Shown: positions 10,106-19,348 of the stretch, one piece after another
Position numbering within the stretch: position 1 is the first letter of the stretch
How the letters are laid out: each line of letters starts with the position of its first letter
Source of the DNA: Bacteroidota bacterium
Lineage (GTDB): Bacteria > Bacteroidota > Bacteroidia > AKYH767-A > OLB10
Reading direction: 5' to 3'
Length of the DNA stretch: 38,888 nucleotides
Assembly (NCBI GenBank): GCA_040007375.1
Contig: JBDTVD010000002.1
Span: 1 to 38,888, forward strand
Translations under genes and position numbers: made by a program
Notes under the pieces: model-generated
What the model was told of the DNA's origin: nothing
The model's database searches: none
The model's input: the letters and a program-made list of their open reading frames with translations, nothing else

Positions 10106-11050
10106 ATGAAACTGCTTATAAAAAAAATATTTCTGTTCGGGCTGCTTGCACTCAGCATATATATAATAATGTTCGGTGCACTATATTTTATACGTATTGG
10201 AAATGTTCCTCTTGTTTATAGGAGTACGCAGGGAAATGTATTTAAGGGAGGGCTGACTTACAAGAAGTTTAAAGAGTTCAATCCTGCCGAAAAGTATGAT
10301 ATTATTGTGCTGGGTTCATCGCATGCATACAGAGGATATGATCCTGAAATTTTTGCATCTTACGGATATAAAATATATAACCTGGGAAGCAGTGCACAAA
10401 GTCTTCTTTCCAGTTATGTAATTGCACGAAATTATATTAACCGCGATAATTGCAACACCGTTATTATCGATCTGTACGACAGAATTTTCAGGTATAGCAG
10501 TATTGAATCATTGAGTGATATAACACAGAATGTCAGTTCCGACAAAGCAGCAGCTGAACTTTGTCTCCGTTCAAAAGATCTGCGTGCCATCAATATGTTT
10601 ACACTGCGTATGTTTTGTAAATTTGATAAGCCACTGAATAATGATACATTAAATCTGATGAGTGGATTTCAGGCAAGTAATAATCAGCTGGTGTTACCTG
10701 GTAATCCTAAAGATCCTGACTATACATCCAATAAAGAAACGTTGAACTCCTTTACAAAACTGATTCATTATCTGAATAACCAGGGCATTCATATTATTCT
10801 TGCCGAACATCCGCTTCCTGAAGTTTATACTATTTCCGAAAGTAAACACAGCAGATTCGTTACCGACATTAATAAAATCATTAAGCCGTATAATATTAAA
10901 TGGTATGATCTGATGAGAGACAGTACAATGACTGGCATTCAGTATTATGCTGATGAAAACCATCTGAATTACAGAGGAGTAAAAAAATACAATCATAAAC
11001 TCATTGAACTTTTAATTAAAGATCAACAGCTTCCTCCTAAAAGCCATTAA
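10106..11050 (+). CDS. Membrane-anchored SGNH/DltD/AlgJ-like partner of the MBOAT (putative extracytoplasmic acyl transferase)
   Basis: 314 aa with an N-terminal TM anchor (IFLFGLLALSIYIIMFGALYF), a block-I-like IIVLGSSHAYRG and a block-V-like YADENHLN (DxxH). It starts 3 nt after the MBOAT stop, the usual pairing seen in AlgI/AlgJ, DltB/DltD and PatA/PatB systems. The family call is by motif only. Confidence 0.5.
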   Translation: MKLLIKKIFLFGLLALSIYIIMFGALYFIRIGNVPLVYRSTQGNVFKGGLTYKKFKEFNPAEKYDIIVLGSSHAYRGYDPEIFASYGYKIYNLGSSAQSLLSSYVIARNYINRDNCNTVIIDLYDRIFRYSSIESLSDITQNVSSDKAAAELCLRSKDLRAINMFTLRMFCKFDKPLNNDTLNLMSGFQASNNQLVLPGNPKDPDYTSNKETLNSFTKLIHYLNNQGIHIILAEHPLPEVYTISESKHSRFVTDINKIIKPYNIKWYDLMRDSTMTGIQYYADENHLNYRGVKKYNHKLIELLIKDQQLPPKSH

Positions 11051-11098
11051 ACCTTTTCAGGTGTTTTGCCGTTAAATGCTTATATAATATCCATACTG

Positions 11099-12220
11099 AT
11101 GAATAACAGAATTCTGATCGTTGTTGGCACTCGTCCTAATTTCATAAAAATAACCCAGTTTAAAAATGCCAACAAGGCAATGGGAAATCCTTTTGAAATT
11201 AAAATTGTACATACAGGCCAGCATTACGATGATAAAATGGCTGCCGTTTTTTTCGAACAGTTTGAATTGGAACCGGATTTCTTTCTGAATATTCCACAGG
11301 CATCAGCAAACTCACAGGTTGCAGAAATTATGCTGCGACTGGAGAAAGTAATTCTTGATTATAAACCTTCAATGGTAATGGCTGTGGGAGATGTAAATTC
11401 CACTTTTGCTGCAGCCTTCACTGCACATAAACTGAATTGCAAAGTAGCACATATTGAAAGTGGTTTACGCAGTTTCGACAGAACGATGCCGGAAGAAATC
11501 AACCGTTTGTTAACTGATGAAATCAGTGATTATTATTTCATCACTGAACAAAGCGGAATGGATAACCTTTTAAAAGAAGGACGCAGAAAAGAACAGATGT
11601 TTTTTGTTGGTAATACGATGATTGATACTCTTGTTGCTTTTGATGATAAAATACAGAAGAATACTGTTTTGAATGATTACCATTTAAAAAGCAGAGAATA
11701 TGTATTAATGACAATGCATCGTCCTGCAACAGTGGATCACCAGGAAGGATTGAATAAACTGATTGACATAATAGATTATATAACGAAAAGTTACGATCTT
11801 GTTTTTCCTATTCATCCACGTACATTAAACAGGATTGAATCATTCGGATTAAGTCCAAGAATAAAAAGTAATTCACGACTTCATCTCACAGAGCCACTGG
11901 ATTATTTTGCATTTCAGAAACTCACTTCCGATTGTCGTTTTGTAATTACTGATAGCGGAGGAATACAGGAAGAAACAACATTCCGTCGTATACCCTGTTT
12001 AACGTTACGCCCGAATACAGAACGTCCTTCAACAGTATGGATCGGAACTAATGAACTTGTTCCATTTGATATTGGTGCAGTGCAGCAAAAGATAAATGAA
12101 ATAACAAGTGGTACATTTAAAAAAGGGGATATTCCACCTTGCTGGGATGGCCGTTCAACAGAACGTATACTGGAAGTGTGTACTCAACTTCTCCTAAAAA
12201 CACAGTCAGCTATTTTGTAG
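11099..12220 (+). CDS. wecB: UDP-N-acetylglucosamine 2-epimerase (non-hydrolysing)
   Basis: Track ORF 11066..12220 begins at a TTG. ATG 11099 gives MNNRILIVVGTRPNFIKI, the normal WecB N-terminus. Also present are HTGQHYD, HIESGLRSFD and ITDSGGIQEETT. Confidence 0.85.
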   Translation: MNNRILIVVGTRPNFIKITQFKNANKAMGNPFEIKIVHTGQHYDDKMAAVFFEQFELEPDFFLNIPQASANSQVAEIMLRLEKVILDYKPSMVMAVGDVNSTFAAAFTAHKLNCKVAHIESGLRSFDRTMPEEINRLLTDEISDYYFITEQSGMDNLLKEGRRKEQMFFVGNTMIDTLVAFDDKIQKNTVLNDYHLKSREYVLMTMHRPATVDHQEGLNKLIDIIDYITKSYDLVFPIHPRTLNRIESFGLSPRIKSNSRLHLTEPLDYFAFQKLTSDCRFVITDSGGIQEETTFRRIPCLTLRPNTERPSTVWIGTNELVPFDIGAVQQKINEITSGTFKKGDIPPCWDGRSTERILEVCTQLLLKTQSAIL

Positions 12221-12222
12221 TT

Positions 12223-13227
12223 ATGAAAATCTACAGCTATACGGACAAAAGTAACAGGTCACCGGAAAATATTTTTTCTATTGACAGTCCGTTGCAGTTT
12301 CAGAAAGGATTTTCAGTTTTCTACCAGAAGTATTTTAATAATGAAGTTAAAATTCTTCATTCAGAAAGATTCAATGCTTTTATTCCTATCCGTTATTTCA
12401 AATTAAAAGTATTTCATTTTGCACAGATATTACATGCACCTGTCTGCAACAATGTAGAGCTTGATGCAGAAACACAACAACTTTTTTTTGAAGACCTGGT
12501 AGAATATCATATCAAGCATGAATTATGTCAGCGTTTTATTCAGCCTCATCCGTACGGAATATTGAAAGCCGTTCCGCGTGGTGCTCAATCCTGCCCGTTC
12601 GGAACATATATAAATCATCTGGATAAAATGAATGACGAAGAATTGTTATTCAGTTTCGATCCTAAATACCGGAAGTCAGTAAATCACGCAGAAAAAAACG
12701 GTGCTGTAACACGTTTTGGAAGAGATCAGTTTGATGTGTTTTATCAACTCTACAAACAAACTACTGAGCGTGCCGGAATACATTGCGATACTGTTGCTTA
12801 CTTTGATGCTTTATATAAACACCTTGGTGAAGAATATATAGAAGTTGGTGTGGTTTACGATCAGGATCAACCGATAGGTGGAATTTTTTTACTCAATACT
12901 AATTACTCTGCATTATGTACACATGCAGGTTCAGGTGGAGAAAGTAAACTTTATGGCGGGATGAAAATGCTGCATTACCAGATGATGTTACGCTTGAAAA
13001 AACGCGGTGTTCGTTTATATGATCTTGTTGGAGTACGCATTAACAGTAATAATGAATCACTGGAAGGAATATTCCGGTTTAAGAAAGGATTTGGAGGAGA
13101 CCTAAAAGAAGGATATCTCTGGAAAATGGATATTGCACCAGTAAAGTCGCGTGTGTTTGATATGATGATGAAACTGCGTTACAGGAGTAATGCAACACGC
13201 GATATTATTGATGAAGAAAGTAATTAA
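12223..13227 (+). CDS. FemAB-family (GNAT-fold) aminoacyl/peptidyl transferase-like protein
   Basis: Track ORF 12139..13227 overlaps the wecB 3' end. ATG 12223 lies 3 nt after the wecB stop (MKIYSYTDKS...). The C-terminal half has YRKSVNHAEKNG, YGGMKMLHYQMMLRLKKRGVRLYDLVGV and FRFKKGFGG, resembling FemX/FemAB and the FemAB-related proteins of EPS loci. Confidence 0.7.
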   Translation: MKIYSYTDKSNRSPENIFSIDSPLQFQKGFSVFYQKYFNNEVKILHSERFNAFIPIRYFKLKVFHFAQILHAPVCNNVELDAETQQLFFEDLVEYHIKHELCQRFIQPHPYGILKAVPRGAQSCPFGTYINHLDKMNDEELLFSFDPKYRKSVNHAEKNGAVTRFGRDQFDVFYQLYKQTTERAGIHCDTVAYFDALYKHLGEEYIEVGVVYDQDQPIGGIFLLNTNYSALCTHAGSGGESKLYGGMKMLHYQMMLRLKKRGVRLYDLVGVRINSNNESLEGIFRFKKGFGGDLKEGYLWKMDIAPVKSRVFDMMMKLRYRSNATRDIIDEESN

Positions 13228-13257
13228 TAGAAATAGATAATCCTCCACCACCACATT

Positions 13258-14019
13258 ATGTTTTCATTATCAGGCTTCTTCTTCCGGCTGACTAATAACA
13301 GGCTTATAAATAATCTCCTCATACTTCTGCATATGGATGTATGGATGGTTGACCGCTTCGCTATATATAAACGTGTGGTTCCTGATGTACAGCTTTCTCC
13401 TCAGGAAATGGCAGGCTTCTCACGCAATAGAGAAGTACAGGAAGCAATTGATAAAACGCACGATGATCTTCAGCAGGTTGCTGCAGAAATGGTAAAACCA
13501 AACGGCAGCATACTTGATATTGGTTGTGGTGCCGGTGCTTATCTCACACACTTTGTAAAAAAATATACAGTTACCGGCATCGACCTGAACAGAACCATGA
13601 TTGAAAAAGGAAAAACGCTGTTTCCTGATGTGGAATTTATATATGATGATTTCCTTAAATATCAGTTCAGTAAAAAATTCGATTATATATACTCTATTAG
13701 TGTGCTCGAATTTATTCCGCCTGGCCGTCTTGCGGTTTTTTTTGCTAAAATTGCAGCGTTGTTAAATGAAAACGGCATTCTGTTTCTTCATTACCCTCAT
13801 GCATTAGATAAGAAGTCGCTTCATTTTCCTGATCTTTACTATATTGAATATTCTCCGGCTAAAATTGCTGCTGCTGCACTACCCTATTTCACCACCGTAA
13901 GTCATAACCATGCTTTCGACAATAGGATTATAGAGCACTTTGATGATAATCCGTATAACCCCGGAACACGTACCTTCAAAAACGGGTACCTGTTAATTGC
14001 CAGAAAAAAACAGAATTAA
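13258..14019 (+). CDS. Class I SAM-dependent methyltransferase
   Basis: 253 aa. Motif I is ILDIGCGAGAY, with an acidic post-I residue (GIDLN) and later FDYIYSISVLEFI...NGILFL. The exact start is uncertain because internal Met codons occur at residues 26 and 30. Confidence 0.75.
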   Translation: MFSLSGFFFRLTNNRLINNLLILLHMDVWMVDRFAIYKRVVPDVQLSPQEMAGFSRNREVQEAIDKTHDDLQQVAAEMVKPNGSILDIGCGAGAYLTHFVKKYTVTGIDLNRTMIEKGKTLFPDVEFIYDDFLKYQFSKKFDYIYSISVLEFIPPGRLAVFFAKIAALLNENGILFLHYPHALDKKSLHFPDLYYIEYSPAKIAAAALPYFTTVSHNHAFDNRIIEHFDDNPYNPGTRTFKNGYLLIARKKQN

Positions 14020-14033
14020 AGAAGCTATCAGTG

Positions 14034-15098
14034 ATGCCATCAAGAAAATTAATGTTTACGTTCGATTACGAACTTTTCCTGGGAAGGAGAAGTGGTACTG
14101 TGCATGATTGCATGGTCGATCCGACAAACAGACTTCTTGAAATTTTCCGTAATCAGCAGGTCTCAGCAATTTTCTTTGTTGACACTACATATCTTCTCCG
14201 GGTAAAAGAATATTGTAACAATCATCCCGGATGTAAAAAAGATTTTAATAATATAAGTGCTCAGTTGAAACAGATGGTTCGCGATGGCCATCACGTATAT
14301 CCTCATATTCATCCCCACTGGCTGGATGCTGTTTATCTTCCGGAAATCAATGAATGGGAACTTACTTCGGTGGAACGTTATCGCTTTCACAACATAACAG
14401 AAGCAGAACGTGAACTTGTATTTAAAGGATCCATTGATGTTCTGAATGAAATATTACTTCCTGAATTTCCCGATTATCATATTGATGGTTTCAGGGCAGG
14501 AGGATGGTCACTTCAACCTTTCTCTGATTTCAAACCATATTTTAAAAAATTCGGTATCCATTATGATTTTAGTGTGCTCCCTGGCACTTATCAGTTTTCA
14601 AATGCCCAGCATTTCGATTTCACAGTTGCACCTCAAAAACCGGTGTACCGGTTCGAAGATGATGTTAATATCGAGAATGTAAATGGAGATTTTATTGAGT
14701 TGGTGAGTTCTATTCTGCATGTTTCACCAACCATAAACTTCCTGCACAAAATGCATCTGCACTGGTTGCACCGTGTAAAAGGTGATCATACTTATGGCAA
14801 AGGACAGGGACAACGTTCGCAGGAAAATCCTTCTCTTAAACCTGCTGACAGTACAGGATCTTCCATTCATAATCCTCAGCATCAACCTGTTTCTATTGAG
14901 ACTATGAGCATGGTAAAGTTTGGAGTTTATCGTCGTTACCTGTCATCTCACTCTTACATGCAGTTTGTTTCTCACCCGAAAATGTTAAGTCTGCACAACA
15001 TGCGTACCCTGAATAGATTTTTAACTTTTGCAAAATGGAAATACCAATTGGATTACAACTTTAAATCGTTCATAAATTCCGCGAACGAACTATATTGA
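14034..15098 (+). CDS. Polysaccharide-deacetylase-like (CE4-type) protein, putative
   Basis: Has FTFDYE near the N-terminus, where CE4 enzymes carry TFDD, and a His-rich DGHHVYPHIHPHW resembling the H-x-x-x-H metal site. The pattern is similar to deacetylase-family proteins found in EPS loci. Weak, motif-level call. GTG 14031 is an alternative start. Confidence 0.45.
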   Translation: MPSRKLMFTFDYELFLGRRSGTVHDCMVDPTNRLLEIFRNQQVSAIFFVDTTYLLRVKEYCNNHPGCKKDFNNISAQLKQMVRDGHHVYPHIHPHWLDAVYLPEINEWELTSVERYRFHNITEAERELVFKGSIDVLNEILLPEFPDYHIDGFRAGGWSLQPFSDFKPYFKKFGIHYDFSVLPGTYQFSNAQHFDFTVAPQKPVYRFEDDVNIENVNGDFIELVSSILHVSPTINFLHKMHLHWLHRVKGDHTYGKGQGQRSQENPSLKPADSTGSSIHNPQHQPVSIETMSMVKFGVYRRYLSSHSYMQFVSHPKMLSLHNMRTLNRFLTFAKWKYQLDYNFKSFINSANELY

Positions 15099-15134
15099 TT
15101 GTTATTGGATGAATAGCTTTGCCATAAGGTCAAC

Positions 15135-16094
15135 ATGCACAACATTTCTATCTCTGTAATCATTCCCTGCTTTAATGTAGAAAATTATATAGCAGAAAAC
15201 CTGGATTCTGTTCTGGGTCAGGATCTGCTTCCATTAGAGATTATCTGTGTTGACGACGGATCAATAGATAATACGATCAGCATCATCGAATCATACAGGG
15301 AAAAACATCCCGGAATGATTACGTTGTTAAAAAACGACGTTAATAAAGGAGCTCCGTTCAGTAGAAACAGAGGCATGGAACATTCTTCCGGTGAGTACCT
15401 CCAGTTCCTGGATGCAGATGATATAATCTTTAAAAACAAATTCTCGCATCAGCAGGAAATTATTGCAGCTTCCCCATTACATCCTGATATTTTAGTTGGC
15501 AGCTTCACTAAGAAGTTTCTGAACGGCACTGAAAAAGAATATATAAACGAACAGGTAGATAAATGGGTGGCACTTATTGATAACAGGATCGGAGTTACAT
15601 CAGCCAACCTCTTTAAAAAATCGAAGGTGGAAGAAGTTGGTGGCTGGACAGAATTTTTAAAGAGCAGCCAGGAATATGATCTGATGTTCCGCATGATGCA
15701 AAAAAATGCTACTGTACTTTTTGATACTGTAAAAGTCAATTTCAACAGAGAACGTCCTTCAGGTTCCATTACCAAATCAGATCCGCGGGAAAAGTGGAAA
15801 AGATATATAAACCTCAGAGTGCGCATCTACGAACACTTGCTTGGGTTGAAAGAACTCAGCAGTGATAGAGAAGATGCATTTCTGTTGAACATGCTTATTG
15901 CAGTGCGCATTTTATACAGGTACGATAAGGAAGAAGCAGTGCAGTATTACAAACGTTACATGAAAGGAAAAGGTCTTCCTGCTGATGGGCCGTATATAAA
16001 TAAATTCTATCGCCTGATTTATGTCACGTTCGGTTTCGATATCGCACAAAGAGTGACACTTTTAATTAAAGGAAGAAAAGTGAATGAAACATAA
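15135..16094 (+). CDS. Family 2 glycosyltransferase
   Basis: SVIIPCFNVENYI, CVDDGSIDNT and FLDADD (DxD) form the typical GT-A/GT2 N-terminal domain. Confidence 0.85.
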   Translation: MHNISISVIIPCFNVENYIAENLDSVLGQDLLPLEIICVDDGSIDNTISIIESYREKHPGMITLLKNDVNKGAPFSRNRGMEHSSGEYLQFLDADDIIFKNKFSHQQEIIAASPLHPDILVGSFTKKFLNGTEKEYINEQVDKWVALIDNRIGVTSANLFKKSKVEEVGGWTEFLKSSQEYDLMFRMMQKNATVLFDTVKVNFNRERPSGSITKSDPREKWKRYINLRVRIYEHLLGLKELSSDREDAFLLNMLIAVRILYRYDKEEAVQYYKRYMKGKGLPADGPYINKFYRLIYVTFGFDIAQRVTLLIKGRKVNET

Positions 16095-16151
16095 ATTGCT
16101 GTTATCAGTATCCGGCAACTTCATTTCCCTGTTTTAAAAAAGTAGTTATTA

Positions 16152-17315
16152 ATGGCTGATAAAAAAATGATTTACCTTACTTATGGCGAACCACCTTCCG
16201 GAGTTTATTCAGGACAGGTTTGCGATGTGGTAAATCATCTGAAAAAAGAATTGCAGGTGCCGATAAAACTGGTAGCTTTTATTTCTATGCAGCAGTTTGG
16301 TGATAACAAAAAAAAGATTCTCATAGAATGTCCTGATGCCATAGTGTTTCCGATGTTGCCACGGGCAGTTTACTGGCGCTGTAATATTTTTTGGCTGTGG
16401 ATGATCTGCCTTTTCTTACAACCAAAAGCCATCATTGCAAGAAATGTGATTGCTGCGAACATGGCATTACGTGTAAAACCATTCAGCAGTGTAAAGAAAA
16501 TATGTTTTGATGGAAGAGGTGCTATTGCTGCGGAATGGAGTGAATACGAAGTAACAGTTGCGCCTCAATGGAAAAAAGAAATTAATACGCTGGAGAAAGA
16601 TGCAGTTTTAAAAAGTGATTGCAGAATTGCAGTTTCACAACATCTGGTAAATTACTGGAAAACGAATTATAATTATACAGGAAATCAACATGCAGTAATT
16701 CCCTGCACCATCAGCGCAAGCTTTATTTCCGTGTTGCCGGAAGATGATTTTATTGTTGCAAAAAGAAAAAGTATGGGTTATGAAAGTGATGATCTGCTTT
16801 TTGCTTATTCCGGTTCTACTGCAGGATGGCAGTCATTTAATCTCTTGAAAGAATTCCTGGATCCGTTATTAGGTTCCTCTGTAAAAAACAAAGTGCTTTT
16901 CCTCGCTAAAAGTGAAAGTAATATTGATGCACTGAAAGCCTCTTATCCAAATCAGGTAACGCAACAATGGCTGCAGCATAATGAGGTGAAAGAAGTTTTA
17001 AACTCCTGCGATTTCGGTGTGCTTATCAGAGAAAATACGGTTACCAACCAGGTGGCATCTCCCACAAAATTCGCCGAATACTTAGCCTGTGGTTTACCCG
17101 TTATTATCTCTGACAATCTGGGCGACTATTCCTCATTTGTGGAGCAGCACAACTGTGGCATCAAACTTAATGGTAATGCACAGAATCCAGGCTTTAACAG
17201 GCCAACAAAAAATGAAAAACTACGTATGACAGAGCTGGTAAGAAGTAATTTTACCAAACAAGCCTGTAATCCGCAATACAAACAGATTATTAACTGGTTA
17301 TCTGCAACAAACTAA
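16152..17315 (+). CDS. GT-B fold glycosyltransferase (GT4-like, divergent)
   Basis: 387 aa. The C-terminal half has a nucleotide-sugar binding-like block SPTKFAEYLACGLPVIISD. The N-terminal half is not recognisable. Located inside the GT run. Confidence 0.5.
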   Translation: MADKKMIYLTYGEPPSGVYSGQVCDVVNHLKKELQVPIKLVAFISMQQFGDNKKKILIECPDAIVFPMLPRAVYWRCNIFWLWMICLFLQPKAIIARNVIAANMALRVKPFSSVKKICFDGRGAIAAEWSEYEVTVAPQWKKEINTLEKDAVLKSDCRIAVSQHLVNYWKTNYNYTGNQHAVIPCTISASFISVLPEDDFIVAKRKSMGYESDDLLFAYSGSTAGWQSFNLLKEFLDPLLGSSVKNKVLFLAKSESNIDALKASYPNQVTQQWLQHNEVKEVLNSCDFGVLIRENTVTNQVASPTKFAEYLACGLPVIISDNLGDYSSFVEQHNCGIKLNGNAQNPGFNRPTKNEKLRMTELVRSNFTKQACNPQYKQIINWLSATN

Positions 17316-17330
17316 TTTTATAATAAACAC

Positions 17331-18257
17331 ATGAGTAAAATAATTGTAACAGGAGGCGCCGGTTTTATCGGTTGCGCTGTAATCAGCAAACTTCAGAAAG
17401 AAGGACATGAAATTTTTGTAATTGATAATTTATCTTTCGGTAAGCGGGAGTTTATTGAAGTGGATAACAATCATTTTTTTGAAGAAGATATTCTGAACAG
17501 GAAAACGATTTTCTCCATTTTCGAATCTGTTCGTCCGGATATGGTAGTTCATCTTGCGGCAATACATTTTATTCCATACTGTAATCAGCATCCATACGAA
17601 TCAAGCAATATAAATATTACCGGTACCATAAATATTCTTGATGCTGCTAAGAAATACCAGGCGAAGAAAGTTTTCTTTGCATCAACAGCAGCTGTTTATC
17701 CTATATATGATGAAGCAGTAAATGAAACGCATGATGTTGGTCCGATGGATATTTATGGATTGAGCAAACTTACCGGCGAACATTTATGCAATGAGTTTCA
17801 TCTGCAAACTAAAATCCCTGTAATCGTTTGCCGTTTCTTTAATGCATTCGGACCAAATGAAACCAATCCGCATCTCATCCCTGAAATACAACAACAGGTA
17901 AATGGTGGATTGCGTGTTATCAAGTTAGGTAACTTAACACCAAAGCGTGATTTTATTCATACCAGTGATATGGCAAATGCTGTTCATGTGTTGTTGAATA
18001 AAATTGATGATGGAATTCATATATATAATCTCGGTCGTGGTATTGAATATGCCGTAACAGAGATTGTAGAATCTTTCTCCCGCCAGATTGGTGAAGAGAT
18101 TAAAATTGAAGTGGATCCTGCACGTGTACGTAAAGTAGAAAGAATGCATTTGCTTGCTGATGTTTCAAAATTAAAGAAGCTGGGATGGGAACCATTGGTT
18201 GATATCGACGGTGGAATAAAAACACTGGTAAATCAATGGCAAACCGAAAACAGGTAG
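17331..18257 (+). CDS. NAD-dependent nucleotide-sugar epimerase/dehydratase (extended SDR)
   Basis: TGGAGFIGCAV Rossmann motif and a YGLSK (YxxxK) catalytic motif in 308 aa. Substrate cannot be determined from sequence alone. Confidence 0.85.
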   Translation: MSKIIVTGGAGFIGCAVISKLQKEGHEIFVIDNLSFGKREFIEVDNNHFFEEDILNRKTIFSIFESVRPDMVVHLAAIHFIPYCNQHPYESSNINITGTINILDAAKKYQAKKVFFASTAAVYPIYDEAVNETHDVGPMDIYGLSKLTGEHLCNEFHLQTKIPVIVCRFFNAFGPNETNPHLIPEIQQQVNGGLRVIKLGNLTPKRDFIHTSDMANAVHVLLNKIDDGIHIYNLGRGIEYAVTEIVESFSRQIGEEIKIEVDPARVRKVERMHLLADVSKLKKLGWEPLVDIDGGIKTLVNQWQTENR

Positions 18258-19348
18258 TCTTTTGTACTGATGGAATTTTTCCGCATGCAGTAGGCGGTAT
18301 GCAACGTCATTCAGCGCTTCTTATTGAAGAATTGGCGCGCATGAATGAAATGGATCTTATTGTGATTCATCAGCATCCTGCAAAAGTATTTCCTTCACAT
18401 TTAAACATTACGGAAATACCATTAAACTATCAGCCGGGAAAAGGAAATTACCTGCTGGAATGTTACCGCTATTCTAAAAAAGTAATGGAAGCAGTGGAGA
18501 AATATCCTGATGCAGTTATTTATTCGCAGGGACTTTCTGTATGGCATAACATCAGCAAAGTGGGCCACAGAGTTATTGTGAATCCACACGGACTGGAACC
18601 TTTTCAAACAATAGATCTTATCAATTACCTCAAAACGGCACCATTAAGAATGGCATTCCGTTATATATATAAGCGTGCTGCAAAAATTGTTTCCTTAGGA
18701 GGAAAGCTTACTCCGATCCTTCAGTCGATTGCTGGAAAAGAGAAAGTGGTGGTATTACCAAATGCAGTAACCATTGATAAATTCCCTGATCGTAATTATT
18801 CAGGTGAACATATGAATCTCTTATTCGTTGGCAGGTTTGCCGGAAATAAAGGCATTCACATTCTGATGAAAGCTGTGGAAGATCTCAACAAAGAAGGATA
18901 TTTAAAACGCCTGCATTTTCAACTTGCAGGAAAAGGGCCTCTTTACGAAGAATATATAAAGAAATATAATTTCCCTAATGTTACGTTTCACGGTTTTACC
19001 AGTGATGAAAAACTTAAGGAATTATACCTGGAAAATGATGCCTTTGTTTTTCCCACTCTTTATGAAGGTATGCCAACTGTTGTACTGGAAGCAATGGCAG
19101 CCGGCATGCCGGTAATTGTAAGTGATACCGGAGCAACTGCAGAACTGGTAGATCACAGTAATGGTTTTCTGATTGAAAAAAATAATGTGCGTGCGCTGAA
19201 ATGTGCCGTACAGGGTTTATACCAGATGACACCGCAACAACGGGCTCAACTTTCAGCAAACTCTTTTGAACGTGTTAAAAAACAATTCACCTGGCCTGTA
19301 GTTGCACAAATGCATACTCAACTTTTTAATACTTTCAGAGCCGGCTGA
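18236..19348 (+). CDS. Family 4 (group 1) glycosyltransferase
   Basis: GGMQRHS near the N-terminus and the E-x7-E block LYEGMPTVVLEAMAAGMPVIVSD. Overlaps the upstream gene by 22 nt. Confidence 0.85.
   Translation: MANRKQVVFCTDGIFPHAVGGMQRHSALLIEELARMNEMDLIVIHQHPAKVFPSHLNITEIPLNYQPGKGNYLLECYRYSKKVMEAVEKYPDAVIYSQGLSVWHNISKVGHRVIVNPHGLEPFQTIDLINYLKTAPLRMAFRYIYKRAAKIVSLGGKLTPILQSIAGKEKVVVLPNAVTIDKFPDRNYSGEHMNLLFVGRFAGNKGIHILMKAVEDLNKEGYLKRLHFQLAGKGPLYEEYIKKYNFPNVTFHGFTSDEKLKELYLENDAFVFPTLYEGMPTVVLEAMAAGMPVIVSDTGATAELVDHSNGFLIEKNNVRALKCAVQGLYQMTPQQRAQLSANSFERVKKQFTWPVVAQMHTQLFNTFRAG

Noticed and set aside
12139-12222. N-terminal extension of the FemAB-like ORF overlapping the wecB 3' end by 82 nt
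   Set aside because: The extension is out-of-frame read-through of wecB coding sequence. An ATG 3 nt after the wecB stop gives a normal start.
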